Positions 1 through 13,913 of a stretch of 64,000 nt of DNA are shown here, piece by piece. How positions within the stretch are numbered: position 1 is the first letter of the stretch; every line of letters starts with the position of its first letter. The DNA is taken from the NCBI GenBank assembly GCA_020137815.1, contig CM035359.1, forward strand, positions 1,302,001-1,366,000. The letters run 5' to 3'. The notes below the pieces were generated by a model. The model did not search any database, had not been told where the DNA came from, and saw only the letters and a program-made list of their open reading frames with translations. The stretch is from Hormiphora californensis. Its lineage: Eukaryota > Animalia > Ctenophora. The position numbers and the translations under genes are program-made.

Positions 1-44
1 AGTTTTTGTATATTGTTGCTTAATAATCCATCATTACTTCCCTT

Positions 45-75
<31 letters not shown>

Positions 76-97
76 TGCATCATCTTCATTCTCCTAT

Positions 98-154
98 TGG
101 TAATGAAATTACCCCTCCGCACGCGAGAGTAAAAAAGGGGTGATTTCGTAACCA
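98..154. mobile_element. Tiny inverted-repeat element family TGGTAACGAAATTACCCC...GGGGTAATTTCGTTACCA
   Basis: Terminal inverted repeat; related copies at ~3427-3497, ~3520-3610 and ~9170-9235. Confidence 0.55.
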
Positions 155-180
155 AATTCTCCTATCAATCTCTAGGATAC

Positions 181-3100
181 ATGATGCTGTTGTTCTTGAC
201 ACTTTTTGTGGCAGCTCTAGGAGACACTCTTATTGGTACGTAGTGAAATCATATCTCCCTAAATTAATATTCACAACTCCGAATCACACTACATCACCAA
301 CTCCCAATCATAATTCAAATTGATCTGTCATAATCGCCGCATTTTGTAAATCATATCTCCCTAAATATTCACAACTCCGAATCACACTACATCACCAATT
401 CCCAATCATAATTCAAATTGATCTGTCATAATCGCCGCATTTTGTAAAATATGATCCATATATAATGGTACATTGCATCTCGAGGTTATATACGACAACC
501 TCGATATGCAAGGTACCATATCTTATACATACAGATAATATTTTACAATATCTTGACGGGTATACTCACTAAGCATTCCAATGATATTGCATAATATTAT
601 CTAACATTCCTTCCTTTCCCAAACCTTCCATTCCCGATCCTATCATATCTATTTTGGCGTTATATATGAAAGATGACATCCACTTCCAGTTCCAATTGTA
701 AATACCGATGAAGCATGGGAAGTTACATCATATGGGGCACGTATCTTGAACACGTGGCGACGTAACCATGACATGTGTCTTTCGAGAGGGGCAACACTTT
801 TAGAGATTGGCGATGCAACTTTTAACGCACAGGTATGGCGTAATTAATAGATATCTTTCTTCTCTTTAAATCTGCTTTTACAAAATGATTGTAAACTCAT
901 TCTTGCTGGATAAACCAAGGAATTGGTGCTATTTTTAAATTTGTAATGACTGCAGCTGTCTAACACCGAGGGCCTGTGTTTAGGTTGCATCCCTCGCTGG
1001 CAAGACGGGGATTTGGCTGGGTTTGTTGTTCAAGGGAGACAATGAGTTTGATTGGTTTAGCGGACAATCGCTCTCCTACAGCCCTTGGGCTAGAGGTATG
1101 TGTATAAGTTTGCAGAAAGGAACTCTCAATTCCTAATTTTATATTTCCAAAATCTGAACGCTAACGATACCCTCTCGCTGTGACTCTAAACATTGTTATT
1201 ATAGGGTACCCCACTACGAGTGAAAGTCGTTATTACGCCTACCTCCGTCCTGATGGAACATGGGCCACTGCAAATGGAGCTGCTGACATGAAACCTGTCT
1301 GCATGAGAAGGATCAAACGGGTATAATTGTGAAGCTATATCTTGTTTAGCTTACTAATAAACAGACACACCTATATTTTGATACTAGCTTAAATTTTTTG
1401 AATCTCGAGTATAAGAGTCTTTCTTTGAGTGACTTTTAGTTGGCATATAAAGTTAAACGCGGTATCCTGAGATTCTGAGAATACGGAAATTATATAGTAG
1501 CTCTCAGATGAAATGAAGAATTATATGAACGTGAAAGCTCAAGTAAATATTTCAGTAGAACAACATTTTGACATGTGCGTAGGTCTCAGGGGCTAGGGAC
1601 TCCCTAGCAGGGAGTTCCTAGTAGACTTGAACGTAAGATCTTTCTCAGAATCTTGGATACATACTGTTATAATACTGTTAAACAGGGGTGCCCCGCCCTT
1701 ATATAAACTGCGTTGCATACTATGGAGCACCAGTAACCGATCTCTCAACCCCTTATATCCAACAGCTGATATATCGTTACAGGAATATAGGGAGAGGGAA
1801 GCGAGGACCGATAAAGAGAAAACTACAAAAATGTCAAAAACCGAGATGGTTGCAACTGAAAAGGCTGTGGAGTATAATTCGGAGGTACCTTACAAACCAA
1901 AAAGTAAGATAAATGGTGATGGATGAAATTGTTGGGGGTAATTTAATTAATTCCCGATCAAGGCAGTACTAGTATCACTAATATATGTTGCCATGGCAAC
2001 TGCTCTTACCAACCCTTTTCAGTTTACCTAAATGGTATGATTCTTCACGTTGACGAAGCACCCTCTACATGGCTGAATGCCTACTACTTCTGCAAACGAA
2101 AGGGACTTGGGCTGCCCACTGTGTTAACAGACAGTGAGTAAAGACTTTATTTACATGATGATGAACACTCGAATATTAGTGGTGTACTTATATCGGCACA
2201 AGTGATGTACTAAAACGGTCAAAAACTGAGATTTTCCTATTTTTAATCACCGAAATATGATCGCTTTTCCACTTCAGATTTCAATACCATTTTGTCACGA
2301 GTGGTGGGTCAACTGGGCTCCCCAGTTTGGCTATCTTTGGTCGGTGCTGGTGGTAGGTTTTGGTGGATGAATGGGGTGCCCTTTGAGTACAACGCTCTAT
2401 CGGAGTCTTACCTACTGTCAGAAAAAGAGAGGTGAGTCGTTTTGCTATGGACAGATGTACTCTATCAGTTTCTCTAACAGGCGAATTCCTTCTGTGCGAT
2501 TTTTTGCAATCCGTAAATCGAAGTGAGTCTTTATCTCGTGAGCTTCACTGCACTAATTAACATTCCTTCGAACTGAGCGCATCATGTGTGATCTTGAGTG
2601 ACAACTCAACTAGAAAACTGAAATTCTGAGAATATTTTAGTGAGAGAGAGAGAGAGAGAGCAGCTCGCTTAATAAAAATTTAAGCACGACTATATAATGA
2701 GTTTTTCATGGATTTGAAAACCAAATTTAGTTACTTTATATCTTGCTATCTCTAGCACGTACATTTCCGTCCACTTCCTGACATTCATAATTAAGTGGTC
2801 GAAATATCTTCCTTCCTATGTCTAGCAACCAAGAAATCGTTTAAAACCAGTTCTCCAATCCACAGCACGTACACGTTGTTGAAGAGTGATGGTAAGTGGC
2901 ATGGTAGTTGTGCTGCTGAGAGTGAGGATGAGGATCAGTGTGAGCTGGGACTAGCGCTGTGTGTTGAGATAGCACCCACCGCCACGGCTGAGGTCACGGA
3001 GGAGGAGAAATGGGATAATGGTAGGTACACATTTAGATAATAGATTATCTAACTGATATTTTAAATTGCATGGTAGTATGGCTCGGAAATTGTACACAGT

Positions 3101-6100
3101 ATGATTATATGGTAATATGAGACACTTCTGGGAAATGCTGAGTCCGCTCATATTATAAGCGAAAGGGTCAGCGTGATGCCTGACAGTGGCAGTTTGGGGT
3201 GGCCCAATAATCATTCTGGTTGTCAGCCCGACTTTCCTGATGGTTTCACTTTTTCACTTTATCGTACGTCATATCTTTCCCACCTGCCAACTTAATACGC
3301 TATAAGGGGGGGGGGGCGTGGTGCGACACCTTACTACTCCGCCTTCTGACCTGTGCAGTAGTGTGTTACATTTGCGAATCATTCAGCATCCAGCATCTGT
3401 ACACATCAATTGTACTGATCTTGGTATCGGTAACGAAATTACCCCTCGCAGCTGCATCGCGGGTGTCTGCAAGGTATAGTAGTAAATTCGCTACCAATGA
3501 CTGGTCCCCTATTTTGCTTTGGTAACGAAGTTACCCGCTCTGGACATAGGGCATTGCGATAGTAAGGCACTTCTTAGCGTGCCCGCAATATATAGGGGTA
3601 ATTGCGTTATTTTGCTCATCAACATGGTTTAAATGATATATTTGTGGCTAAGTTGTTAGTTGGTGAGGCTTCTATTTCATTGGTTGATGTGTTGCTTCCT
3701 CTTATCATAATAAAATGATTAAATGGTTTAGCTTTCCAGCATGCCCTGTCTCTCTCATCTATCATCTATCAACTTTGCGGCACCAAAGAGACTGTCAGGG
3801 TGAGCCTGTATTCTTCCTATAATGGAGTTTAGAGGGTATCCGGGCCGAAACCAGTTGGCTTCATTGGGACACTATCGCACTCACTATCTTTAGATTAAGA
3901 TTTACTAACTATAGCTGTTGTTAAATCTTAATCTAAAGATATTAAGTCTCACTCCATTTTAGATTACGACCAAACAGATCCGATAACAACTACAACTGAT
4001 CAGCCGGTGTACACTGCCAATCCCATGTCGACCACAATGAACAACTACGCCGTGGAAAACTCAAACGAAAAAGGTTTAAAAATTGTGATGAAAAAACCTG
4101 GTGATTGGTTCCCCGTCAGGGATTCCATGAAATGTGTGTTGCGTCCTGCTGTATTATTTCGTTGTATTATCTAGGTATATTCAAATATTTCTTATCTAGT
4201 TCTACCTATTATCTATTTTCTAATTTTCATAACTGTGCAATCAGGTGTAAAACTGTTTCCTATATTTTCCAGAGCGATTAGTGTATGGCACAGCTGCAGT
4301 AACAACAGGACCTTGTTTTGAGGCCGTTAGCAAAGCCAAGGAACGGGAACAAATTTCCGGAAACTCAGTATTTTATCCCTTCTGTGAGGACGATGGAACG
4401 TTCCGGGCCCTGCAATGTGGTAAGTGATTGTAGAATCAGGTATGATAATGCGTAATTAGAGGAGAGAGAACAATCAAACAATCACCGAGGAATTCAAAAC
4501 ATATCCTCCTAATATTGGTTCCCAATAATGAAGGTTTATTATAGACCACTGTGGCATTATGAGTTCATTATGGGATCATTATAGTATCTCCGACATAAAA
4601 TTGCCATATCTCGACATGAACTTCGAGGTGGAATTCGACAAGGAATAGCAGGCGTTTGTAGTTATGAACGACTGCTGTGCGCGGCACATTGGCACGTGCG
4701 GCATGGGCAGCAGGCGTTCATAACTACAAACGCCTGCTATTCCTCGTCGAATTCCACGTCGAAGTTCACGTCGAGATATGGCAATTATGTCGGATGACCA
4801 CTGTTAACTGTGGCATTATGGGATCATTATCAAATATTGCCAATAGGAACCCAAACGTGTTGGTGTGTTACCGGTGAAGGGAGGTTGTTTGCTGACTCTA
4901 TTGACGGTACTAGAGAACGAACTACGGAACAGTGTCTGGAATACCGAGCGAGGGAATTCGAAACAAATGAAATTGATGGTAAATAAGCAATACTTGTGTA
5001 CAAACAGCTTTAATCAATTTAGCTGTGGTAGATGGGGAACCACTCAACTGCCACAATGAATTTCCTGTGCATCTTTATCTCATGCTTCACTCTTTGGACA
5101 ATTATAGCTGACAATTATAGCCCTTGATTTATATTTATATTTCAGAACCTACAGAATTATGCGTTGTGAGTGCCAAGGTATACTCAGCCGGAGAGCGGTT
5201 TACCGTGGAATGCCAAACGTGCACGTGCGTGGGGAAGAATGAGATTGTGTGTTCGCCATCGATAGAATGTTCAGAAGGTAGGAAACTAAATCAGTTAAAC
5301 GATGGTAACTGACTAAATCAGTTAAACGATATGGTAACTGACACACATAATGATTAATACAAAATCCTTCGCATCCTTCTTTTAATACTTTCACAGAGAA
5401 AACTACCATTCCCCATTCCTCATTTTCAGAGGAGATATACTGTCAATACATGACGTCATTTGACTTTGTCTGTTCGAAGTGCTCCTGTAATGGTAACCAA
5501 CAATCATTCTCATGTCTGACATACGACAGGTAAAATTTATGAATTATTCTCCATCGCAAAGTTATTCGCCCAAAAGAATTCTCTTCCTCTACAATGTCAC
5601 AGCTGTGATAACCCAAAACATCCTCAAACAGATATTGTGGCCGTGAGATGACAGTTGAAGATAACCAGATTTGGTACGCCTATACGAACATGAATGTGGA
5701 ACCGACAACCTCCATGCCGGTCTACACGGGAAGGGGCAATGACCATGAGGTCGTGTTTGAGGTGACGGATTTGGTGGTCCCTGGAACTTCTGATTCGCCC
5801 GAAACAGGTAAAGGGACACATGGGTCTGTGAAACAGGTATAATGGCACACATGGGTCTGTGAAACAGGTATAATGGGACACATGGGTCTGTGAAACAGGT
5901 ATAATGGGACACATGGGTCTGTGAAACAGGTATAATGGGACACATGGGTCTGTGAAACAGGTATAATGAGACACATGGGTCTGTGAAACAGGTATAATGG
6001 GACACATGGGTCTGTGAAACAGGTATAATGGGACACATGGGTCTGTGAAACAGGTATAATGGGACACATGGGTCTGTGAAACAGGTATTATAATGGGACA

Positions 6101-9100
6101 CATGGGTCTGTGAAACAGGTATAATGGGGACACATGGGTCTGTGAAACAGGTATAATGGGACACATGGGTCTGTGAAACAGGTATAATGGGACACATGGG
6201 TCTGTGAAACAGGTATAATGGGACACATGGGTCTGTGAAACAGGTATAATGGGACACATGGGTCTGTGAAACAGGTATAATGGGACACATGGGTCTGTGA
6301 AACAGGTATTATAATGGGACACATGGGTCTGTGAAACAGGTATAATGGGACACATGGGTCTGTGAAACAGGTATAATGGGGACACATGGGTCTGTGAAAC
6401 AGGTATAATGGGACACATGGGTCTGTGAAACAGGTATAATGGGACACATGGGTCTGTGAAACAGGTATAATGGGACACATGGGTCTGTGAAACAGGTATA
6501 ATGGGACACATGGGTCTGTGAAACAGGTATAATGGGACACATGGGTCTGTGAAACAGGTATAATGGCACACATGGGTATGTGAAACAGGTATAATGGGAC
6601 ACATGGGTCTGTGAAACAGGTATAATGGCACACATGGGTCTGTGTAACAGGTATAATGGGACACATGGGTCTGTGAAACAGGTATAATGGGACACATGGG
6701 TCTGTGAAACAGGTGTATAATGGGACACATGGGTCTGTGAAACAAGTATAATGGGACACATGGGTCTGTGAAACAGGCATAATGGGACACATGGGTCCGT
6801 GAAACAGGTATAATGGGACACATCGGTCTGTGAAACAGGTATAATGGGACACATGGGTCTGTGAAACAGGTATAATGGGACACATGGGTCTGTGAAACAG
6901 GTATAATGGCAGACATGGGTATGTGAAACAGGTATAATGGGACACATGGGTCTGTGAAACAGGTATAATGGCACACATGGGTCTGTGTAACAGGTATAAT
7001 GGGACACATGGGTCTGTGAAACAGGTATAATGGGACACATGGGTCTGTGAAACAGGTGTATAATGGGACACATGGGTCTGTGAAACAAGTATAATGGGAC
7101 ACATGGGTCTGTGAAACAGGCATAATGGGACACATGGGTCTGTGAAACAGGTATAATGGGACACATGGGTCTGTGAAACAGGTATAATGGGACACATGGG
7201 TCTGTGAAACAGGTATAATGGGACACATGGGTCTGTGAAACAGGTATAATGGCACACGTGGGTCTGTGAGAGGCACTATTTCTACTGTTATACTGATGGT
7301 GAAGTTATTATAAAATTCTCTCAGTGCATGTTGTTCTGTACCAGACACCAGTGAACACTGAACAGCATACTGTATGCTGTACAGAACAGTACACGTATGC
7401 TGCATACCTTGGCCTTCCTGTACTTCCTCAATTATTTAGCCGTTCCTCACTTAGTTATAGTAGTTAAATGTCCATCAAGTTGTTTCTTGAGTTCCCCCCG
7501 CAAATGAGCCTGCTGCCTGGTTAAGTAGTTATATCATATCGGTCAGTCCCCATGGCGCCGGGAGTGGTGATCAATGTATAATACATTACTAATAATTAGT
7601 AGTGGGACAAAGTAAGGTATGCATATCAAATTGATTGAATTACATCCTAATTCTGACAGAAAACATTTTAGAAAATTCAGGATCGATGACAGAGGAGCGT
7701 GCGACTGAGTCTGCAGCAACCAATGAAAAAGATGAAGTTGCTACTCCAACTATTTTCCACATTGATGGTAGGTTGTTCCAAGCCCCCTTTTGTTAATCAG
7801 ACTCTACCAGCCCAACCACATGTACTGCAGTATAAGCAAGAAGTTTCAAAAATAGTGTAACAAGAATTATTGCATTATGTATTCATAATGCGGTTTTCCC
7901 TGCCCCAGATGGGTGTAAAATTGATGACTAAGCTTCAAATTCAGATTTTCCGATGAATTTTGCACTCTAAGAGCAATTTTTGGCTGATATGATGTTAGTT
8001 GCTATGGTAACCAGGGTGGTTGCTATGGTAACCAAGTCAGTTGCTATGATAACCAAGACAGTTGCTTAGGAGACCCTAGTTGGTGACCAAGCGCTTCATC
8101 TTTACCCCCAGGCGTCAGTCATCTTAACACCAGTCACTTGCAATTATTGTGTGACAGTAGTTTCATGCTTGGAAGACTTGCTACCACGTCATGGTACGGC
8201 TGTAGGGTACCCAAAGTGATTTCACGTGAAAGTAGGAAGTGTTACGAGTGAGTAATTGCGCGCCACAATGTGTGTTAATCATTTCCTTTGTTGCATCAAC
8301 AAAGTGTGAGTTGAAAGATTTATGAAGGAGCAGACTTTGTTGCTATGTGTAACGGTGGACAGACGGACAGACGGACACTTTTCATTTAACTACACAATCT
8401 GCTGATTTCTAAACCCTGAATGATCTTTTTAGCACGTGCGTGCTAAAAACATCACCCGGGCAGGGAAAAAATTCCAATGCTAAAGCCTCACAATCTTCGA
8501 AATGATACACTGGTCACAATGTCACTAAACTAAATGTGTGTTTAGAGAATGATAAGCAGTACAGGGTAACCGTCTACACAGCAGAAAAGAAGACTAGCTG
8601 GATCGATGCTTACTATGATTGCCAGTAAGTAGGGATTTCCCGAGTGAAAGGTTTCCCCTTCCCCGTTAAATGTAGGGATTTACCGGGTGAAAGGTTTCCC
8701 CCGTTAAATGTGGGGATTTACCGGGAGAAAGACTACCCCCCCCCCCCGGTAAAATCGGGGTCCCGGTAACTCGTTGTGTTTATGACAAATCATATTCCTC
8801 GGACTAAGGTCGAGCGCTATAAAAATAGTTCTCATGATAGCCTGGTATTAACTATTGGTAATAATCATATCTTAGGAGCCTTTAATTCGCTTTTTGAAAG
8901 CTTGAATCCTTATAAATTGCTCGACCACTTTCGTAGGGGAGCTAGCAGAAAAATGCAGAACCTTTAATTTGAGCCCTTAATTCCATTTGTATTTGTCAGG
9001 TCGATGGGAATGGTCCTACCTACCGACCTTGGATGAGGTTCTGAACACCTACCTCAGTAACTTCCTCCGACATCACATGATTGAAATTTGGCTCAACGCT

Positions 9101-12100
9101 GAACAGAGCAACGGTAATTATACTTCCACTTCACGCGATATAACGATTTTACACCAATACTATAACCGGTTTGGTTACCAAGTCACCCCAATTACGCTGT
9201 GTGGGCTTGCGTTGGGGAGTAATTTCGTTGTACCAAATAACCGGTTACTTACGTAGCAAACTAGCGATTAATCCCAGTTAACTAGACTACGTACTGCAGT
9301 TTTCTATACCAAGTAAAACATTTTTGTTTTACAGGTATGTGGTAAATACAGAACCTTTAGAGTTTGAATTCAATACTATCATAACTTCCTCATTGACCAA
9401 TGACTTCTTCTTCTTCAGGTTATGCATATTGGTATACAGGTGCTGAAATGGACTATAAGAACTGGTCGCCCTACAGCTATCCAGAGTACAACTACGGCCG
9501 TGCTTACGTTACCCTTAGTTACGACGGTACGTTATTGATGGTATTAACCCTTTGACGGCGACAGAGCATATATGCTACAGTCTATTCTAGGCGGCCTGGA
9601 AGTCCTTATGTTTTATCTAGGTGGCCCATATTTTGTCACAAGCTAGTTTTAGGGATTATGAACCTAAAACCACGTCCAGATCAGCTCAGAAAATCAAGAA
9701 AAAAATTTTTATAGCCCTTCTAAGGAGGCTAATTTCGGCCTTTTTTTAAAAACATTTCTCATTTTTTTGTTTTTTGGGGGCACAACTAATCCTTTGAAGG
9801 AATAAAAGTGCTCGACATAACCGACCGAATGCAAAAAGCCGCATCAAAAAATATTGAAAATTGAATGAGTTATTAACATTTAAGGCGCCGTATCATATAT
9901 GATACTATCGCCCGTAAGGGAATTCTAGTAACAAATCTAAATTGTACAAGTTTGTGGGTGCTATGGCATAAATTTATGCTTTCATGCGGTATATAGCTAC
10001 AAGTTCTACAATCGTGAACGGTTTTTACCAGGAAAAGAACCCAAATTAGAGATTTGTATCATATATGATACTATCGTCCTAAGGGTAAATTCTCCTAAAA
10101 CATACATAATTCGGGCTAAAAAAGGAGCTAAGAGACAAATGGGGGCACTAAAATGTGTAGAATCATCGCATTAGTGGGGGTAGAGCACATATTTAGGTCG
10201 CTATCTGGATTCCTAATTGAAATAATTGTATAATTAGCTAATTATCTGTCCTGTGCGTGCTAATTATTCATGAAACTTTGCTCTGGGAAGGAGTTATGAG
10301 ACAAATGGGGGCACTAAAATGTGTAGAATCATCAAATTAGTGGGGGTAGAGCACATATTTAGGTCGCTATCTGGATCCATAATTGAGATAATTGGATAAT
10401 TAGCTAATTAGTTGCCCTGGAGCGCTAATAAATGAGACTAGGCGGAGTATTCATGACAAGTGAGGGCACTAAAATGTGTAAAATCATCGCCTTAGCGGGG
10501 GTAGAGCACATAGCTGAGTTTCTATTCCCATTCCTAATTGAGATAATTGGATAATTAGCTAATTGACGGTTGCACACCGTCCACTTTTCACCAAATCCCG
10601 TGGTTTCTAGGTAATCCTGAGCTCTTTTGCTCAATCTGAGGATCTTCTCACAACCCCTAACCCCATTTGTATCACCTTTGACTCGTTTTACACAATATTA
10701 GCACTCGATACAACCCTAGACACTGTCTTCAGCTCTTTAGAACCCTCTTGCTCCATCCTAGACCTCCCATACATCCAAGATCCAACTACAATCCTATAGA
10801 ATTTTTATATCCTATTGCTCCTACAACACGTTCAACCTCTAATGTACTACAGTTTCCCATATTTATTGTCTGGACACACGGTTATAGGGGTTTAGGTATA
10901 TTAGCGGATGTCAGAAGATCCTTAGATTGAGCAAAAGAGCTCAGGATTACCTAGAAACCACGGGATTTGGTGAAAAGTGGACGGTGTGCAACCGTCAATT
11001 AGCTAATTATCCAATTATCTCATTTAGGAGTTGGAATAGAAACTCAGCTATGTGCTCTACCTCCACTAAGGCGATTATTTTACACATTTTAATGCCCCTA
11101 CTTGTCTTGGATACTCCGCAAAGTCTCATTTATTAGCGCTCCAGGGCAACTAATTAGCTAATTATCCAATTATCTCAATTATGGATCCAGATAGCGACCT
11201 AAATATGTGCTCTACCCCACAAATGTAATGATTCTGCACATTTTAGTGCCCCCATTTGTCTCATAACTCCTTCCCAGAGCAAAGTTTCATGAATAATTAG
11301 CACACGCGGGACAGATAATTAGCTAATTATTCAATTATCTCAATTAGGGATCCAGATATCGACCTAAATATGTGCTCTACCCCCACTAATGCGATGATTC
11401 TACACATTTTAGTGCCCCCATTTGTCTCTTAGCTCCTTTTCTAGCCCGAATTATGTATGTTTTAGGAGAATTTACCCTTAGGACGATAGTATCATATATG
11501 ATACAAATCTCTAATTTGGGTTCTTTTCCTGGTAAAAACCGTTCACGATTGTAGAACTTGTAGCTACAAACCTCATGAAAGCATGAATTTATGCCATAAC
11601 ACCCACAAACTTGTACAATTTAGATTTGTTACTAGAATTCCCTTACGGACGATAGTATCATATATGCTACAGTGGGCCCAGCAAAAACTACATGTCGGAA
11701 TTACAAATTTCCTTTTCGAGGCGTTTTGTGTTGATAATATCTACTTATAAACGAAAAATTAGACAATTCTATCGAGCCAATCCTTCTCGCCGTCAAAGGG
11801 TTAACATAGTGCGCTGTACTTAATTGGATTAATCGTAGGTGTAAAATAAATAAACAGTCTATACTATCTAGTAGAGGCAATAATTACACTCACCTCCTCT
11901 GATTTCTATGAAACTTCTCCCATGCTAAGAGGTGGCAATAGAGGTTCAAATACCGCAGAGTTTAAGTCTGAACAATGTTCGGTTCGTTAATTATCGCTAA
12001 TTGAAAAACGCCAAAATGGCCTAAAATCGCCCTAAGTTCCGAATTGAAATTTTGGAGTTGAGACTCCAGACTTCGTGGAGATGTCCGCTAGGATGACAAT

Positions 12101-13913
12101 ATGCACCAAAATCGGACGGAAGCCTAAATTCGTCCGAATTCGGTACGAAAAGCCGGGTAGACTGAATTTTGGTCACGTGACATGGGTCCAAAATCAGTTT
12201 TTTGCCATTTACGCCTTTCCTGTACGTCGGAGACAAAAAATATGGCCAGTACTTGTCATTTCCATCGCTTTCTGCATCTTTTAAGCCCCCTATAAATATC
12301 CCTTACTTCAACGGTTCAGAAGTGACGTCATTTAGTCTCCTGAAAAACTCTAACTACTGAACCGTTGAAGTAAGGGATATTTATAGGGGGCTTAAAAGAT
12401 GCAGAAAGCGATGGAAATGACAAGTATTGGCCATATTTTTTGTCTCCGACGTACAGGAAAGGCGTAAATGGCAAAAAACTGATTTTGGACCCATGTCACG
12501 TGACCAAAATTCAGTCTACCCGGCTTTTCGTACCGAATTCGGACGAATTTAGGCTTCCGTCCGATTTTGGTGCATATTGTCATCCTAGCGGACATCTCCA
12601 CGAAGTCTGGAGTCTCAACTCCAAAATTTCAATTCGGAACTTAGGGCGATTTTAGGCCATTTTGGCGTTTTTCAATTAGCGATAATTAACGAACCGAACA
12701 TTGTTCAGACTTAAACTCTGCGGTATTTGAACCTCTATTGCCACCTCTTAGCATGGGAGAAGTTTCATAGAAATCAGAGGAGGTGAGTGTAATTATTGCC
12801 TCTACTAATCTAATAGATGGGTAGATGTATTATAGGTATTATCTATACATCTAACAGCACTGTTCTAATAAATGATAAACCCTTTTTACAGGTATGTGGT
12901 ACACAAAGAGCGACTACGAAGAGGCCAACTATTACTGTGTGAAAATGGAGCAGGTGACTGTTCCACGAGCTCTGAAAATGGGTGCAACCATGGGTAGGTT
13001 TGTTATGTTCTAACCCTCCTTTACATTTGTAAAGGCGGGGCGTGCGAAACACAGTCTAGCTAGGCAAGGGCAGGTTTGCTGAGTAAGTGGTTACTCAACC
13101 ACATGGGTAGGTAACACCAAACATGGACCCAACAACTCGACCGTCGAGCGTGGGCCAGACCCATTCTGAAAGAAAGGCCAGATAGATTAATACATGATTT
13201 GTTCATTATAATCACAAATTCTACTTTCGATTTTATTCGATCCATTTACATATAATAATTGGTTAATGGTTACACACTTCAGGTAAATGTGTGATTGGGG
13301 AAAAGGAATACCATAAGGGAGAAACTTTCGCCCGTGGATGTGGAAGATGCACGTGCTTGTTGTACTCCACCGTTTATTCCGATTGCTTGCGGAGTGTTGA
13401 TTGTAGAGAAGTAGAACCTACACAGCCAATTGTCGAGGAGGTCGTGGAAAGGATAACAGAACCAAGACGGGTCAAATCAAGTAAGGGACGGCACTACAAT
13501 AATATATCGAAACTTAAGAATAATTTTCAGTCCTTGTGGTTTGTTAAGAGCAGATGCATTTGTTACCATAGCAACCATTTCAGAGTGTCACGGCGGAGTG
13601 AGGTTCCAAGATTGCACGAGTCCATGCAAGAGAGAATGTGGAGATGAACACTGCCGAAGACACTGTTCAAAGGTAAAAAATAGTGAAAAATTAGTAATTG
13701 TGAACTCACAACCTTTCAATACTGCTAAAAATCTATAAATTAATTTCCATGATTCTAAGTTTTTACTCTGCTCTTATTATTCCCTTTATTCCTATTTTTA
13801 AATTCACTAATTTGCGGCCCCCGCAGGAATGTTCATGTCCACCAGAAAGACCGGTCTTCTATGGTGGTTGTTGTGTTGCCGAGGCTGTTTGTATTGACGA
13901 TGGTTGGTTCTAG
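181..13913 (+). CDS. Multi-exon secreted mosaic protein: signal peptide, 3 C-type lectin-like domains, thyroglobulin type-1, VWC-like and TIL domains with acidic/Thr-rich linkers
   Basis: GT-AG exons read by hand: 181-235 (MMLLFLTLFVAALGDTLI), ~690-832, ~983-1095 (IWLGL..FDWFSGQSLSYSPW), ~1204-1320, ~2023-2133, ~2278-2431, ~2866-3020, ~4273-4418 (CFEAV..FYPFCEDDGTFRALQC) + ~4847-4978 (CWCVTGEG), ~5146-5277 (CVVSAKVYSAGERFTVECQTCTC), ~5602-5807, ~8548-8624, ~9000-9112, ~9419-9526, ~12892-12953, ~13283-13480, ~13584-13671 + ~13828-13913 (CHGGVRFQDCTSPCKREC..CSKECSCPPERPVFYGGCCVAEAVC). The last exon end is uncertain. Confidence 0.8.
247..449. repeat. Two-copy ~100-bp tandem duplication just after the exon-1 donor
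   Basis: aaatcatatctccctaaa...cgccgcattttgtaaa occurs twice back to back. Confidence 0.9.
4590..4794. mobile_element. Palindromic MITE (~205 bp)
   Basis: ~95-bp arms tccgacataaaattgccatatctcgac... / ...gtcgagatatggcaattatgtcgga. Confidence 0.75.
5801..7268 (+). repeat. 31-bp minisatellite (~47 copies) beginning at a splice donor
   Basis: Unit gtataatgggacacatgggtctgtgaaacag; the first unit follows the exon end CCCGAAACAG|gtaaag; a higher-order block of variants repeats (~6540-6800 and ~6880-7140). Confidence 0.97.
7874..8470 (+). mobile_element. HINE/DINE-1-like (non-autonomous Helentron-type) element
   Basis: Short inverted termini ttttccctgccc / gggcagggaaaa, internal (gacg/gaca)n microsatellite at 8357-8378, 3' hairpin tttttagcacg..cgtgctaaaaa; related 3' end at ~57290-57484. 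Confidence 0.55.
9548..11800. mobile_element. Non-autonomous piggyBac-like element with a long internal foldback
   Basis: TTAA|CCCTTTGACGGCGA ... TCGCCGTCAAAGGG|TTAA; internal inverted arms ~9890-10650 vs ~10910-11670 built from ~130-bp subrepeats; no transposase. Confidence 0.85.
11869..12807. mobile_element. Near-perfect ~940-bp palindromic (foldback) element, TA-flanked
   Basis: TA GTAGAGGCAATAATTACAC...GTGTAATTATTGCCTCTAC TA; ~450-bp arms, mirrored ORFs differ by one residue; ~37-bp loop. Confidence 0.9.

Noticed and set aside
5801-7268. CRISPR-like appearance of the 31-bp arrays (also 16013-18235)
   Set aside because: Units are contiguous with no unique spacers, there are no cas genes, and the context is eukaryotic and intronic
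5589-7405. Long minus-strand ORFs (up to 593 aa) of repeating MCPIIPVSQTHVSHYTCFTDPCVPLYLFHRP
   Set aside because: Artefact of a stop-free strand of the 31-bp minisatellite; open in all three frames
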